Shown one piece after another: positions 48,283 to 58,015 of a stretch of 64,000 nt of DNA. The translations under genes and the position numbers were made by a program. Source of the stretch: a virus; the IMG/VR virus record IMGVR_UViG_3300042868_013845, positions 1 to 64,000 of that record. The stretch is one strand, 5' to 3'. The notes under the pieces are model-generated. The model did not search any database. It saw only the letters and a program-made list of their open reading frames with translations, and was not told where the DNA came from. The stretch's first letter is position 1, and every line of letters begins with the position of its first letter.

Positions 48283-49236
48283 TTATTTAACTATTCGAAC
48301 TGAATATATTACTTGTGAACTTGACCGAGGGTTTATGGCAACATTTCCTCCTCCAGTATTACCTTCAATTGATTTAAACTTATTATTAACTAAAGGTTCA
48401 ATTGCAATACCAACATGACTATGAGTAAAAACAACAATATCTCCTGGTTTTATATCTTCTGGATTATAATATATATCAGCGCGAGGATGCACTTTTTCTT
48501 CTTGGGCCCATTTATCAAAATCAAATGCTCTTGTGATTTTAGGTCGAGTAGCTTCATCAAATAGTCCAGATTGTTTTATAGCCCAACAAACAAACGCTGC
48601 ACACCAATGGTTTTTTCCAGCTGCACCATTAGGCAGATTTGTTGATCTAAAATATTCAGCAATAGGTCCAGCATTTCTGGTATATGATATATTTTTATTG
48701 AGTTGACTTAAAGCTGGTTGTATAATTCGATTAGCAATAGCCGAATCATAACCATTACCTGGTACTGTTTGATCAAATGATTTTAATAGACCATTTTCAC
48801 TATGTGCTGCGGTAGATGGTATATAACCACCACTTACAATATTTGTTACAAAATTCGATGATCCATTTATAGTACTAACATATTGATTAGCACTTGGATT
48901 AGCAATAGAATAACCATTGCCATTGACTGTTGGATTAAATCCACCAAGCTGTGATTGATTCCATTCGCCTATGCCATATAGACCAATTACAACCGCATCT
49001 TGCATATCATCACCATCTCTAAAAAAACCAAATGCGCATCTGCCAATTAATTCAGAAATATTAGGAGTGCTTGCTGTTTCAATATTAACTGGTAATATTA
49101 GTGTTGACCACGGCAAATCAGTTGTAAGAAGTTCATTACGCTCAAAGCTATGCAAACCAAACATGCGAACACGTACGCGATTTGTTGTGGGATCACATTC
49201 TTCAATTATTCCAGTAAACCAATTATCTATTTTCAT
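48283..49236 (-). CDS. gp5: gp5 N-terminal OB-fold fused to a CHAP-like peptidoglycan hydrolase
   Basis: WFTGIIE, RVRVRMFGLH, DLPWS, GFFRDG; then HWCAAFVCW, PGDIVVF, HVGI, IEGNT. Confidence 0.85.
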   Translation of the reverse strand: MKIDNWFTGIIEECDPTTNRVRVRMFGLHSFERNELLTTDLPWSTLILPVNIETASTPNISELIGRCAFGFFRDGDDMQDAVVIGLYGIGEWNQSQLGGFNPTVNGNGYSIANPSANQYVSTINGSSNFVTNIVSGGYIPSTAAHSENGLLKSFDQTVPGNGYDSAIANRIIQPALSQLNKNISYTRNAGPIAEYFRSTNLPNGAAGKNHWCAAFVCWAIKQSGLFDEATRPKITRAFDFDKWAQEEKVHPRADIYYNPEDIKPGDIVVFTHSHVGIAIEPLVNNKFKSIEGNTGGGNVAINPRSSSQVIYSVRIVK

Positions 49237-50675
49237 TGTTTTGGTAATTGTACAAGTCTTAAACGATTAATATATCGGCCATCCATAAAACTATGAACGC
49301 TTGCAATGATTATATAATAACCATTTCGCGATGATTTTTCTTCATCTTTATCAACTATAATTTCTAAAATTTTTCCAGGATTCAAATTAATATCGCCATA
49401 AACAACAATCTCGCTTTGTTCGTTATCAACCTTTGCTGAGAAAAAACGAGTCGCGCGACTATGCCAATTTCTGACTTGTGATGAATCTGTTAAATCAGAT
49501 AATGTATTATCAATATTATCATATAATGGTAAAGGTTTATGTGAAATTATTGCAGGAGCAGATAGTTCTATATTCTCTCGACTCAAATTTAAAGTCTTAA
49601 GATAATTATTCTTGAGTCTTTCATTTGCATTAAATCTTTTTATATATTGATCTATATTTGTAGTAGCTTCTAATGTTTGTTTAAGCGCCGGCACTGCATT
49701 ACTACTATCGTTATAATCAAAAGCGCTAGCGGCATAATCAATTGTTTTGACTATTGTATCATATTCACCTTGTAAAAATTTACTCAATTCATTTTTTGTA
49801 GAGTTTGTTGTAAATTCTAATAATCTTTTTCTTTCAACTTCATAACGAGCCCTATCGTCGCTATATTCTTCATCATTATATTTTTTTACAAATTTACGAA
49901 TCGGAATATTAACTTTGTCATTTATAAGCCAATTCCAGCTTCTTGCCATTATTTTTCGTATTGGCTTATCATTTAAATTGTTGAATATGCTATATATGAA
50001 AAATGGAGATTTATCATTATCATATGATTTTGTTCGTAGCCATTCTATAGCTTGCAACGGTGTAGTATATGGTATAATACCTCTTATTCTTTTACTGCAT
50101 GACGTTTGTTGATAAGAAGCGTCATAATCAAAAGCATTGTCATCGAGTTTTAGATATTTACTAAAAATTAATTTAATATGATCAATTGTAGTTTTACCTC
50201 GTTTTGAATCATCATGAGGTTGACCAACACCAAATGATATTTGTTGCAATCGACTAAGTATTGCAAAATTGTCAATTGCAGTTATAACAAAAGTACCAGT
50301 ATATAGACCTTCATTATCAAGTTCAAATTCGCTATAATCACGAACACCTAATTGAAATTTTATTGTTTTGTCATCTTCAATATCAATGAAACGTAGACTT
50401 ATCTCTATTACTTCATGACCTTGAAAATATTCTGCCTTTGTTTTAAAGATTTTATTTTTATCATCTGCAGTATCACTAACTGTTAATTTAGCAACCATAA
50501 CTGGAGAAAATAATTCTTCAGTAAATGATATATCTGTAATTAACCGGGTAATGTCCAATTCACTTGTCAGATCAGCTCTCTTAAGAGTTATCTTTATTAT
50601 TTCATATGTACCAGGTACAAGTGGTTTGCCATCGGCATTAAGAACCTTTGGACTATTTTTGGTATATTCAGCCAT
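49233..50675 (-). CDS. Baseplate hub protein (gp27-like)
   Basis: EELFSPV, IIPYTTPLQAIEWL, VYGDINLNPG, GYYIIIASVHSF; lies between gp53 and gp5. Confidence 0.6.
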   Translation of the reverse strand: MAEYTKNSPKVLNADGKPLVPGTYEIIKITLKRADLTSELDITRLITDISFTEELFSPVMVAKLTVSDTADDKNKIFKTKAEYFQGHEVIEISLRFIDIEDDKTIKFQLGVRDYSEFELDNEGLYTGTFVITAIDNFAILSRLQQISFGVGQPHDDSKRGKTTIDHIKLIFSKYLKLDDNAFDYDASYQQTSCSKRIRGIIPYTTPLQAIEWLRTKSYDNDKSPFFIYSIFNNLNDKPIRKIMARSWNWLINDKVNIPIRKFVKKYNDEEYSDDRARYEVERKRLLEFTTNSTKNELSKFLQGEYDTIVKTIDYAASAFDYNDSSNAVPALKQTLEATTNIDQYIKRFNANERLKNNYLKTLNLSRENIELSAPAIISHKPLPLYDNIDNTLSDLTDSSQVRNWHSRATRFFSAKVDNEQSEIVVYGDINLNPGKILEIIVDKDEEKSSRNGYYIIIASVHSFMDGRYINRLRLVQLPKQ

Positions 50676-51495
50676 CTTCTAATATCTGAAAATATTGTTG
50701 TGAAACTCTTTCTGCATCAGAACTATTTAATACGCGAATAAATTTCTTACTTTCATTTTTATCATATTCATATTGTTCAAAGCTTGTTGCATACTGTATG
50801 CTATCACCATTTAATAGTGCATCTCTATATGATTTAAAGTCATAGCTATATGCAGCATTTTTCATAAGATAATGGCAATTGTCAGGATTAACACTTAATT
50901 CAATAGTTGATCCAACTTGAACTCTATCAGAGCCCTCACCATTAAAAAACTTAATAAAGATCGTCTCAAGATCTTTCATCCATTCAGTATCATTTGGCTT
51001 TTGGGATATTATAAGCGTTCTTCGAGTATAATCGAACTGATGAAACGTTACATCCAATGCTTCATCATCTGGATCCAAATAAATTTTTACACTATCGGCT
51101 ATACTAAAATCAATCGAGCGCGGCGTTTCATTTGGATCGTTTTTATTAGTTTTATATGCATAAACATCTTCATTAGCCAAAGATAGAAAACTATATGCTC
51201 CATATTTACTTTCGATCAATCTTTCTAACTCTACATCGCTATATGGCCAACCCTTTTTTAAATCTGGATTTAGCAAATATAATATCCAATGTTTTGTCGG
51301 ATCACCATACAATTTATATGCTAGACTATCTGGTGTTTCACCATCTGTAATATAATATTTGTCATATCTTACAAAATTTCCAATATCTTTAAATTGAATG
51401 CTGCGAGTAATGTCAGTTATAACTCTTTCTGATTTATAATCTTTAGTATCAAAATTATAAATTGCTCCTGTGAAATTTCTAAAAAATCCTTTCAT
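50668..51495 (-). CDS. gp53: Baseplate wedge protein
   Basis: ITDGETPDSLAYKLYGDPTKHWIL (LysM-like), YEYDKNESKKFIRVL. Confidence 0.9.
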   Translation of the reverse strand: MKGFFRNFTGAIYNFDTKDYKSERVITDITRSIQFKDIGNFVRYDKYYITDGETPDSLAYKLYGDPTKHWILYLLNPDLKKGWPYSDVELERLIESKYGAYSFLSLANEDVYAYKTNKNDPNETPRSIDFSIADSVKIYLDPDDEALDVTFHQFDYTRRTLIISQKPNDTEWMKDLETIFIKFFNGEGSDRVQVGSTIELSVNPDNCHYLMKNAAYSYDFKSYRDALLNGDSIQYATSFEQYEYDKNESKKFIRVLNSSDAERVSQQYFQILEDG

Positions 51496-51497
51496 AA

Positions 51498-52490
51498 TTA
51501 TTGTATTAATAGTTTAGCAACTTCATTTGCATGTAATGCCTTTGTTTCTTTAAATGTCAAACTAATGTCCGTTTCGAACGGAGAATTATCACGAAAATAT
51601 GAATTGTTTGATGCATTATATGTTACATTACAACCTTGTAAATAACATTCATAAAATGAACTAAGGGGCTTTAATGCCTTTCCTGTTCCCGCTTTATTAT
51701 CTGGCACAAGAATAGTTAATTTCCATTTTGGTGGATATTTTAAAAGAAATCCTCCGTCAATTTCTCCGTATACTGCGATTTGAAATAATTGTGTTATTTT
51801 TTTAATAGTCGCCGCTTCTTCCGCTGATGATGGTATTAGTTTATATTCAAAAGTATATTCGCGAGTATCTGTACCATCAAATGATGTTACAACATATGGA
51901 TTAAACCTAGCACCCGCAGCAACTCCAACTGCAGCTTTAATACCAGTGTCTTGAACGAATCCAGAAGCTGCAGCCAAAATTAAATTTTTTGGATTAACTC
52001 CCTTTGCTGCTTCAAAGGCAGAAGTCCCCTTTCGTATTAAATCTTCACCAATTTCATTTAACTTTTTAGTGGGGTCAATACTATTAAGACCACCTAATAT
52101 CGCACCCCCAAATACTCCAAGTTCAGAGTCATTATATGTAGAAGAGTTACTATATGACAATCCTTCGGGTGCAGGCAAATATATTGTTGTTCCTGCTTTA
52201 AGTATACTGTGATCCTGTAAACAGCGAAATTCAATAATTGGTCGATTTGTTGATATCAATTCTGATGGAAATGTATTAACCTTTCCTAATGTTCCAGTAT
52301 TTCTAGTTTTAAATTTTTCATTTGCCCTGTTTATGGCTTTACCTTCTTCAAGAGCTTTATCAACATCAAGTTTATCCCATGCCTCTTTGACAGTATCAAC
52401 TAATGTTGTTTTTGCCTCAGTTACGGGTTTCGAAAGAGGAGCAAATGTGTTTCTGTTTAACCAATAATTTGGATCGATATAACCTGGCAT
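51498..52490 (-). CDS. gp48: Baseplate tail-tube cap
   Basis: IYLPAP, NPY...FDG..REYTFEYKLIPSSAEEA, CYLQGCNVTY, LTFKE. Confidence 0.85.
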   Translation of the reverse strand: MPGYIDPNYWLNRNTFAPLSKPVTEAKTTLVDTVKEAWDKLDVDKALEEGKAINRANEKFKTRNTGTLGKVNTFPSELISTNRPIIEFRCLQDHSILKAGTTIYLPAPEGLSYSNSSTYNDSELGVFGGAILGGLNSIDPTKKLNEIGEDLIRKGTSAFEAAKGVNPKNLILAAASGFVQDTGIKAAVGVAAGARFNPYVVTSFDGTDTREYTFEYKLIPSSAEEAATIKKITQLFQIAVYGEIDGGFLLKYPPKWKLTILVPDNKAGTGKALKPLSSFYECYLQGCNVTYNASNNSYFRDNSPFETDISLTFKETKALHANEVAKLLIQ

Positions 52491-52504
52491 AAATACTATT
52501 TATA
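52489..52504. promoter_or_regulatory. Palindromic bidirectional late promoter between gp48 and gp4
   Basis: ATAAATA-C-TATTTAT spanning the 18-bp divergent gap. Confidence 0.8.
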
Positions 52505-52508
52505 CATC

Positions 52509-52958
52509 ATGTCAAAATATTATAAAGGAAAATATCGACCTCAAAACATAGCAAAATATAGAGGTGATTTTTCAAATATTGTTTATCGCAGTCTTTGGGA
52601 AAGACAAGTCTTTAAGTGGTGTGACACTAATCCAAATGTAAAGAGCTGGAGCAGTGAAGAGATAGTCATACCATATCGTTGCAGAACTGATGGCAAGATG
52701 CATCGTTATTTTGTTGATATGCTTATTGAGTTTGTTTCGGGTCAGAAATATTTGATTGAAATAAAACCAAAAAAACAAACGATACAGCCTCAGCCTAAAA
52801 AAATCAAAACAAAAAAGTATCTAACTGAGGTAATGACATATGCTAAAAACCTATCAAAATGGGAAGCAGCACAAAGTTATTGTGAAGATCGAGGCATAAC
52901 CTTTGAAGTCTGGCACGAAGATACATTGAAGGCTCTTGGCATCAAGCTACTAACATAA
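52509..52958 (+). CDS. gp4: Head completion protein (TnsA-like nuclease fold)
   Basis: YRSLWE, WSSEEIVIPY, HRYFVD, IEIKPKKQT, NLSKWEAA. Confidence 0.95.
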   Translation: MSKYYKGKYRPQNIAKYRGDFSNIVYRSLWERQVFKWCDTNPNVKSWSSEEIVIPYRCRTDGKMHRYFVDMLIEFVSGQKYLIEIKPKKQTIQPQPKKIKTKKYLTEVMTYAKNLSKWEAAQSYCEDRGITFEVWHEDTLKALGIKLLT

Positions 52959-52966
52959 ATACTATT

Positions 52967-53755
52967 ATGTCTATGCTCAATGATTTAAAGGCTGCAATTA
53001 AAAAACACGGCAGCCTCGCACGCACCAATCGTTTTAAAGTTGATTTTAGTGTCATGAGCGCTTATTCTTCCAACTGGCGTGATCTTGAATATTTTTTAGA
53101 AGATGTTAATATACCAAGTAAAGATATAGAAACGGTTGATTATAGTCCATATCGTAATCCTATAGCATATGCAACAGGTTATAAACACGGAGATTTTAAT
53201 ATGAAATTTAGGGCTCCAACAAATATGTTTGTTAAACGCATATTTGATCGTTGGATAGAAAAAATCATGCCGCGCGAAGATTATAAATTAAGCTATCGCA
53301 AAGAAAACGTTGTTAATTTTAGGATTACTCAAGAATCAGAACGAACACCGGGGCATGACAAATATCTTGGCATTAATTATTATAATGTTTTGATACTAGA
53401 TGCCTATCCAATAAGTATCAGTTCTATTGAATATAGCAACACACAAGAGGGTGAATATGTAACATTTGATGTAGGTTTTGCATTTAGCGATGTTCAATAT
53501 TTTAAACCAAAAAGAAATACTGATATTCGTCAACTTGAAGAACCTCTTGATTTAGGTGATGGTACAGTTCCAACGGCATCAATACCATATGGATTCGTTC
53601 CAGCTCAATCTCCAATTGAGAATGCAACTTCTATTAGTGATTTTATAAGAAACCAATCAACTGTTCCAGTACAAGAACCAACACCTTTAGCGCGACCTAT
53701 AAATGTAAATTCATTATTAACTCCTATACGAGATAATACATCAATTGGACAATAA
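52967..53755 (+). CDS. gp54: Baseplate tail-tube initiator
   Basis: LARTNRFKV, IFDRW, AYPISISSIEYS, FDVGFAF (tube fold); CATAAATA at 52954-52961. Confidence 0.75.
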   Translation: MSMLNDLKAAIKKHGSLARTNRFKVDFSVMSAYSSNWRDLEYFLEDVNIPSKDIETVDYSPYRNPIAYATGYKHGDFNMKFRAPTNMFVKRIFDRWIEKIMPREDYKLSYRKENVVNFRITQESERTPGHDKYLGINYYNVLILDAYPISISSIEYSNTQEGEYVTFDVGFAFSDVQYFKPKRNTDIRQLEEPLDLGDGTVPTASIPYGFVPAQSPIENATSISDFIRNQSTVPVQEPTPLARPINVNSLLTPIRDNTSIGQ

Positions 53756-53796
53756 TTTTAAACTAGTTAGTAAAATTTACATATAGATAACTTATT

Positions 53797-54504
53797 ATGA
53801 AATTACCTACATTAAACACTCCGAAATATACTCTTAAAGTACCAAGCACAGGTCAGACTATTGAATATCGTCCATTTCTTGTTAAAGAAGAAAAAGTTCT
53901 TATGCTTGCCCAAGAAAGTGGTAAGCCTGAAGATATGACTCGAGCAATGCTTGATATTATTCATGCATGTACCTTTGGTGCCGTTGATCCACAAAAACTT
54001 GCAAGTTTTGATCTTGAATATATCTTTGTTAAACTTCGTACAAAAAGTGTCGGTGAAGATGTTGAAGTTGGATTAAAGTGTGATAGCTGTGGTGCATTAA
54101 ATCATGTCAGTATTAATCTTGAACAGATTGATATGATTGGTGAAACAAAGCTGCCAAAGAAAATCATGCTTACTGATACAATTGGCATTGTGCCAAAATA
54201 TATTTCAATTAAAGATGTTGAAGTTATTAGTGCACACTCTGATGATAAAGCAAAAAGTCTAGTGTTGACAATTGCAGCAAGCATCGCTAGTATTTTTGAT
54301 GAAAATAACGTTTATGATATGTCAGAAGCTGGTTATGAAGAAGTTGATAACTTTATTAGTAGTCTTAATCGTCAACAGCTGAGCAAGATTGAAGAGCTTA
54401 TTCAAAACTCTCCTAAGTTTGAAAAAGATGTGACATTTGAATGTATTAGTTGTAATCATGAAAATAGTCACAAACTTAGTGGCATACAGAGTTTTTTCGA
54501 ATAG
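53797..54504 (+). CDS. gp26: Baseplate hub assembly protein
   Basis: YRPFLVKEEKVL, FDLEYIFVKLRTKSVGE, two CxxC motifs, ends GIQSFFE. Confidence 0.92.
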   Translation: MKLPTLNTPKYTLKVPSTGQTIEYRPFLVKEEKVLMLAQESGKPEDMTRAMLDIIHACTFGAVDPQKLASFDLEYIFVKLRTKSVGEDVEVGLKCDSCGALNHVSINLEQIDMIGETKLPKKIMLTDTIGIVPKYISIKDVEVISAHSDDKAKSLVLTIAASIASIFDENNVYDMSEAGYEEVDNFISSLNRQQLSKIEELIQNSPKFEKDVTFECISCNHENSHKLSGIQSFFE

Positions 54505-54551
54505 CTCTCTCCCATGATAGTCTTTTAAATCATTATAAGACTAATTTTTCA

Positions 54552-54689
54552 ATGATGCAGCATCATAAATACAGTTTGACGGAACTTGATAATATGATGC
54601 CTTGGGAGAGAGAAATCTATGTTTCGTTGCTTGTTAAATGGATAAAGGAAGAAGAAGCAAGACAAAAATCTAAATCAAATGGACGATAA
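54552..54689 (+). CDS. gp51: Baseplate hub assembly catalyst (gp51-like), absent from the ORF track; frame open from 54480
   Basis: Hand translation MMQHHKYSLTELDNMMPWEREIYVSLLVKWIKEEEARQKSKSNGR. Confidence 0.85.
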   Translation: MMQHHKYSLTELDNMMPWEREIYVSLLVKWIKEEEARQKSKSNGR

Positions 54690-56991
54690 AACCCTATTGC
54701 AAAGTCTAATCAACGAAATAAAAAATCTTAACGCACGAGGTGTAACAGATTCAAAAGTCTTGCGGGATAGTCTCTCGCAAGACTCTCTTATTTCTCAGGG
54801 CATAACTGATTTAAATAAGAAATTTGAAAAATCATCAAAAGATAACAAACAAATTCTTGATGATTCAAAATCAGTGCTCGAAGAAATACGTGATGAAATT
54901 AAGAATAATTCAGGTGGCAATCAGGGCGGTGGTATAGTTCAAGCGGCTAATCTTCAAAATCTATCAACATTGTTTTTTAAAATGGTTGATAGCACAAAGG
55001 ATTTAATTGCTATTAATACAAAGCTTAATAAAAATATTGAAGATCTTATAAAATCAAATAATGGTTTACGTAGTTTTAGAATAAATAGAAGACAAAGCCC
55101 AACCGACTCCACAACAGTAAATACAACACAAGAATCTGAGACGACTACTACTAGTACTAGTACTAATGAAAGTTCACAACCTTTACTTAAAAGATATAAT
55201 GATGTGGCAAAAGCTCTTGGATCGTTTATTGGTGCTATTAATGGCATTAAAATTATACCTGCATTAAAAGCAAGTTTTTTCTTGCCAATGATTGTTAGCA
55301 ATATGGCCAATGCCATGAAGAAATTTGATGAAGCAAATTTCTTCGGTAAATTGAGACGAAATAGTCAAACTATTACAACTGACAAACAAGAGGTTGAAAA
55401 TGTTTTTGACTATAGTTCAGATATATTTACTGCGATGAAATCACTTGCTGAAAGTTTGAAAACGATTCAAGACTTAAAATTAGTAAAAACGTGGGCCCAA
55501 ATAAAACTTTTATCAATTTTTATCATACCAAGTATGATAAAAGCTATTAGTAAATTTGAGAGAGTTAATGAAAAAACAGCAACAAAATTTGAAAAAATTG
55601 GCGAAAGTATTGGTAAGTTTTTAGAACCAATTAGTAATTTTATGGGTTCATTTGTAAAAATGGGATTAGGTTTAATTGCAATCGCTGCAGGAGTTTTAGC
55701 AATCGCCGGAGCAGCAATTATTGTATCTAAAATTGATACAGCAGCTTTACTTAAAGGTGGAATTGCTATTGGTGTATTTCTTACGACTGCTATATTAACA
55801 AGTTCAATTGCTGGAAAGGCAAATAAAACAAGTATTGCTCTTATTGTTTTAGGTGCAGCTATGATACCATTCGCGTATGGTATATCATTATTAAAAGACA
55901 TTGGTTGGGAACAAATCGCAGCAGCAGGAGCATCATTAGTATCATTAATAGGAACTTTGACTATAGCATCAAAATTTTCAACTAAAAGCAGTATAGCATT
56001 AATTGCATTCGGTGCAGCTATGATACCATTCGCTTATGGTTTATCACTACTTGGTGCAGTTAGTTGGCAACAAATTGCTGCAGTAGGAACATCATTAGTA
56101 GCTTTAATTGCATCGTTAACTGTAGCAGGAACTTTCTTAGCTAATCCAAAGGCTATGTTAGCTCTCGGATTAATAACAGCAGCAATTGCTGCTATAAGTT
56201 GGTCAATGAAAATGTTAGGTGAAGCTGCAAATATTTTTAATGCAGTTGATCCAGCAAAATTAGGTCTAGTGGCTCTATCGATGCTCGGTTTGAGTCTAAG
56301 TATATTACCACTTGTGCCATTTGCACCATTCGTTGGTATATTATCAATATCAATGGCAGTACTCGCCGCAACTTTAATGGCGCTATCTAAAGTTGGATTA
56401 CAGCTTGAACCTGTTACTAACTTTTTCAATGATTTTAAATCATTTATAAAAGAAATTGAAATAAGTAAAATTCTTGGTTTAAGTGCAGCGATTGGCACAT
56501 TAGGTCTCGCTATAAGTGCATTTGCTGCATCTAATTTTAGTGTAGGCATTTCTGATGCATTTAGCGGTATAATCGGATTTTTCACAGGAGAAAAAAGTAT
56601 AATTGAAAAACTTAAAGAATTGTCATCATTAACTGGTTTATCAGCAGTTGGAATGGGAGTAAAAGATCTTGCTGAAGGCATGAATATGCTAGCTCAAATA
56701 CAAAGCGGATCATTTGCTGGATTTAATGAATTTCCATGGGATAAAGTAAAGGAAATTTCAAAAGAATTACAAGATGGTGCTACACTGCAAATCATACCTG
56801 TTCTTAATGCTAATAGTCTTAATGGTCAAAAATTAGAAACAACAGGTGCAACAATGACAGGTGGCAACCAAGTTATTATAACAAATGTTACAAATACTGG
56901 TGGAAATGTAAGCACAACGAATGTATCGAACAACAATCGAAATGTTCGTGTTGCTCCAAGTATTGAAACTGGCAGTGCTAAAGGTTATTAA
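54679..56991 (+). CDS. Tape measure-like protein
   Basis: 770 aa, helical with Ala/Gly/Leu-rich hydrophobic repeats; directly after gp26/gp51. Confidence 0.7.
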   Translation: MDDKTLLQSLINEIKNLNARGVTDSKVLRDSLSQDSLISQGITDLNKKFEKSSKDNKQILDDSKSVLEEIRDEIKNNSGGNQGGGIVQAANLQNLSTLFFKMVDSTKDLIAINTKLNKNIEDLIKSNNGLRSFRINRRQSPTDSTTVNTTQESETTTTSTSTNESSQPLLKRYNDVAKALGSFIGAINGIKIIPALKASFFLPMIVSNMANAMKKFDEANFFGKLRRNSQTITTDKQEVENVFDYSSDIFTAMKSLAESLKTIQDLKLVKTWAQIKLLSIFIIPSMIKAISKFERVNEKTATKFEKIGESIGKFLEPISNFMGSFVKMGLGLIAIAAGVLAIAGAAIIVSKIDTAALLKGGIAIGVFLTTAILTSSIAGKANKTSIALIVLGAAMIPFAYGISLLKDIGWEQIAAAGASLVSLIGTLTIASKFSTKSSIALIAFGAAMIPFAYGLSLLGAVSWQQIAAVGTSLVALIASLTVAGTFLANPKAMLALGLITAAIAAISWSMKMLGEAANIFNAVDPAKLGLVALSMLGLSLSILPLVPFAPFVGILSISMAVLAATLMALSKVGLQLEPVTNFFNDFKSFIKEIEISKILGLSAAIGTLGLAISAFAASNFSVGISDAFSGIIGFFTGEKSIIEKLKELSSLTGLSAVGMGVKDLAEGMNMLAQIQSGSFAGFNEFPWDKVKEISKELQDGATLQIIPVLNANSLNGQKLETTGATMTGGNQVIITNVTNTGGNVSTTNVSNNNRNVRVAPSIETGSAKGY

Positions 56992-57025
56992 AATAAAAAA
57001 GGTCAGAGGTTGCCCTCTGACCTTT
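56991..57025 (-). terminator. Rho-independent terminator after gp32, possibly bidirectional
   Basis: AAAGGTCAGAGG/CCTCTGACCTTT stem with T6ATTT on the minus strand, between convergent genes. Confidence 0.85.
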
Positions 57026-57046
57026 GAGATAATCTTTATATGACGA

Positions 57047-57967
57047 TTAGCCTTGTGCGGCCAATTTCTTGAAATATTCAAGAGGATCATCGCCGTCTTC
57101 ATCATCTTCATCAAACTTACTTGATGCTACAGCTGGAGCAGGAGCTTCTGCAGTGCGCGACAATCCAGCATGCGCTGGCTCGTTAATCATCTCAACTTGA
57201 GAGATGCTTCGTGCACCATTAACTTCTTCTTCGCCGAGAACTTCAATAAGCTTGCGCTTAAGTTCTTCATAGCTCTTATAATTCTTAGGATCAACAAAGT
57301 CAGAAAGACTATGCAGACTATCATATGCTTCTTTAAGCATATCTTCGTCACCAGTGAAAAGTTGGCTTGAACTATCAAACTCACTCTTATCATAGTTGCG
57401 ATAGCCTTCAACCTTACGAATCTTAAGTTTGAAGTTTGCACCCTCCCAGAAGTCAAATGGATTTACTGGAGTTTCATCTTGAAACTGAGGTTGCATGATA
57501 TCCATGATCTTATCAAAGATCTTTTTACCATATTTGAAGAGCATGACTTTGCCTTCATTTGCTGGATTACCAGGATCTGCAACGACAAGAATGTTGCTGA
57601 CATAATGCAAACGACGTTTGCGATCACGTACAATTTCTTTATCGCTTTCGATTCCGCTATTCCACAAGCGAGCATTAATCTCTGCACATGGATCTTCTTT
57701 ACCGATACTAGTCAAGCTGTTTTCAATATACCAACGGCCAGTTGGTCCTTTAAAACCATGATCCCAGTAACGAACCCATGGAAGATCTTCTCCATCCTTT
57801 TGTGGCAAGAAGCGAATGACTGCATAGCCATTGCCGCTCTTATCAACTGTTGGACTCCAGAAGCGATCATCACCATATGATTTAGTTGCTCCACCTACTT
57901 TTTCAGCAGCTTTGACGAGTTTATCAATAGCGCTTTGACGATTTGCTTTTAGTTTATCGAAACTCAT
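57047..57967 (-). CDS. gp32: Single-stranded DNA-binding protein
   Basis: DDRFW, GNGYAVIRFLP, WYIENSLT, FKYGKKIFDKI, NYDKSEF, acidic tail. Confidence 0.98.
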   Translation of the reverse strand: MSFDKLKANRQSAIDKLVKAAEKVGGATKSYGDDRFWSPTVDKSGNGYAVIRFLPQKDGEDLPWVRYWDHGFKGPTGRWYIENSLTSIGKEDPCAEINARLWNSGIESDKEIVRDRKRRLHYVSNILVVADPGNPANEGKVMLFKYGKKIFDKIMDIMQPQFQDETPVNPFDFWEGANFKLKIRKVEGYRNYDKSEFDSSSQLFTGDEDMLKEAYDSLHSLSDFVDPKNYKSYEELKRKLIEVLGEEEVNGARSISQVEMINEPAHAGLSRTAEAPAPAVASSKFDEDDEDGDDPLEYFKKLAAQG

Positions 57968-58015
57968 ATTTTTATGTTGTTGTATTGTTGTTTTTGTTTG
58001 TTGTGTTATTGTATA

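Noticed and set aside
52509-52958. TnsA-like endonuclease as a transposon marker
   Set aside because: This is core gp4 in its normal position; no other transposition genes
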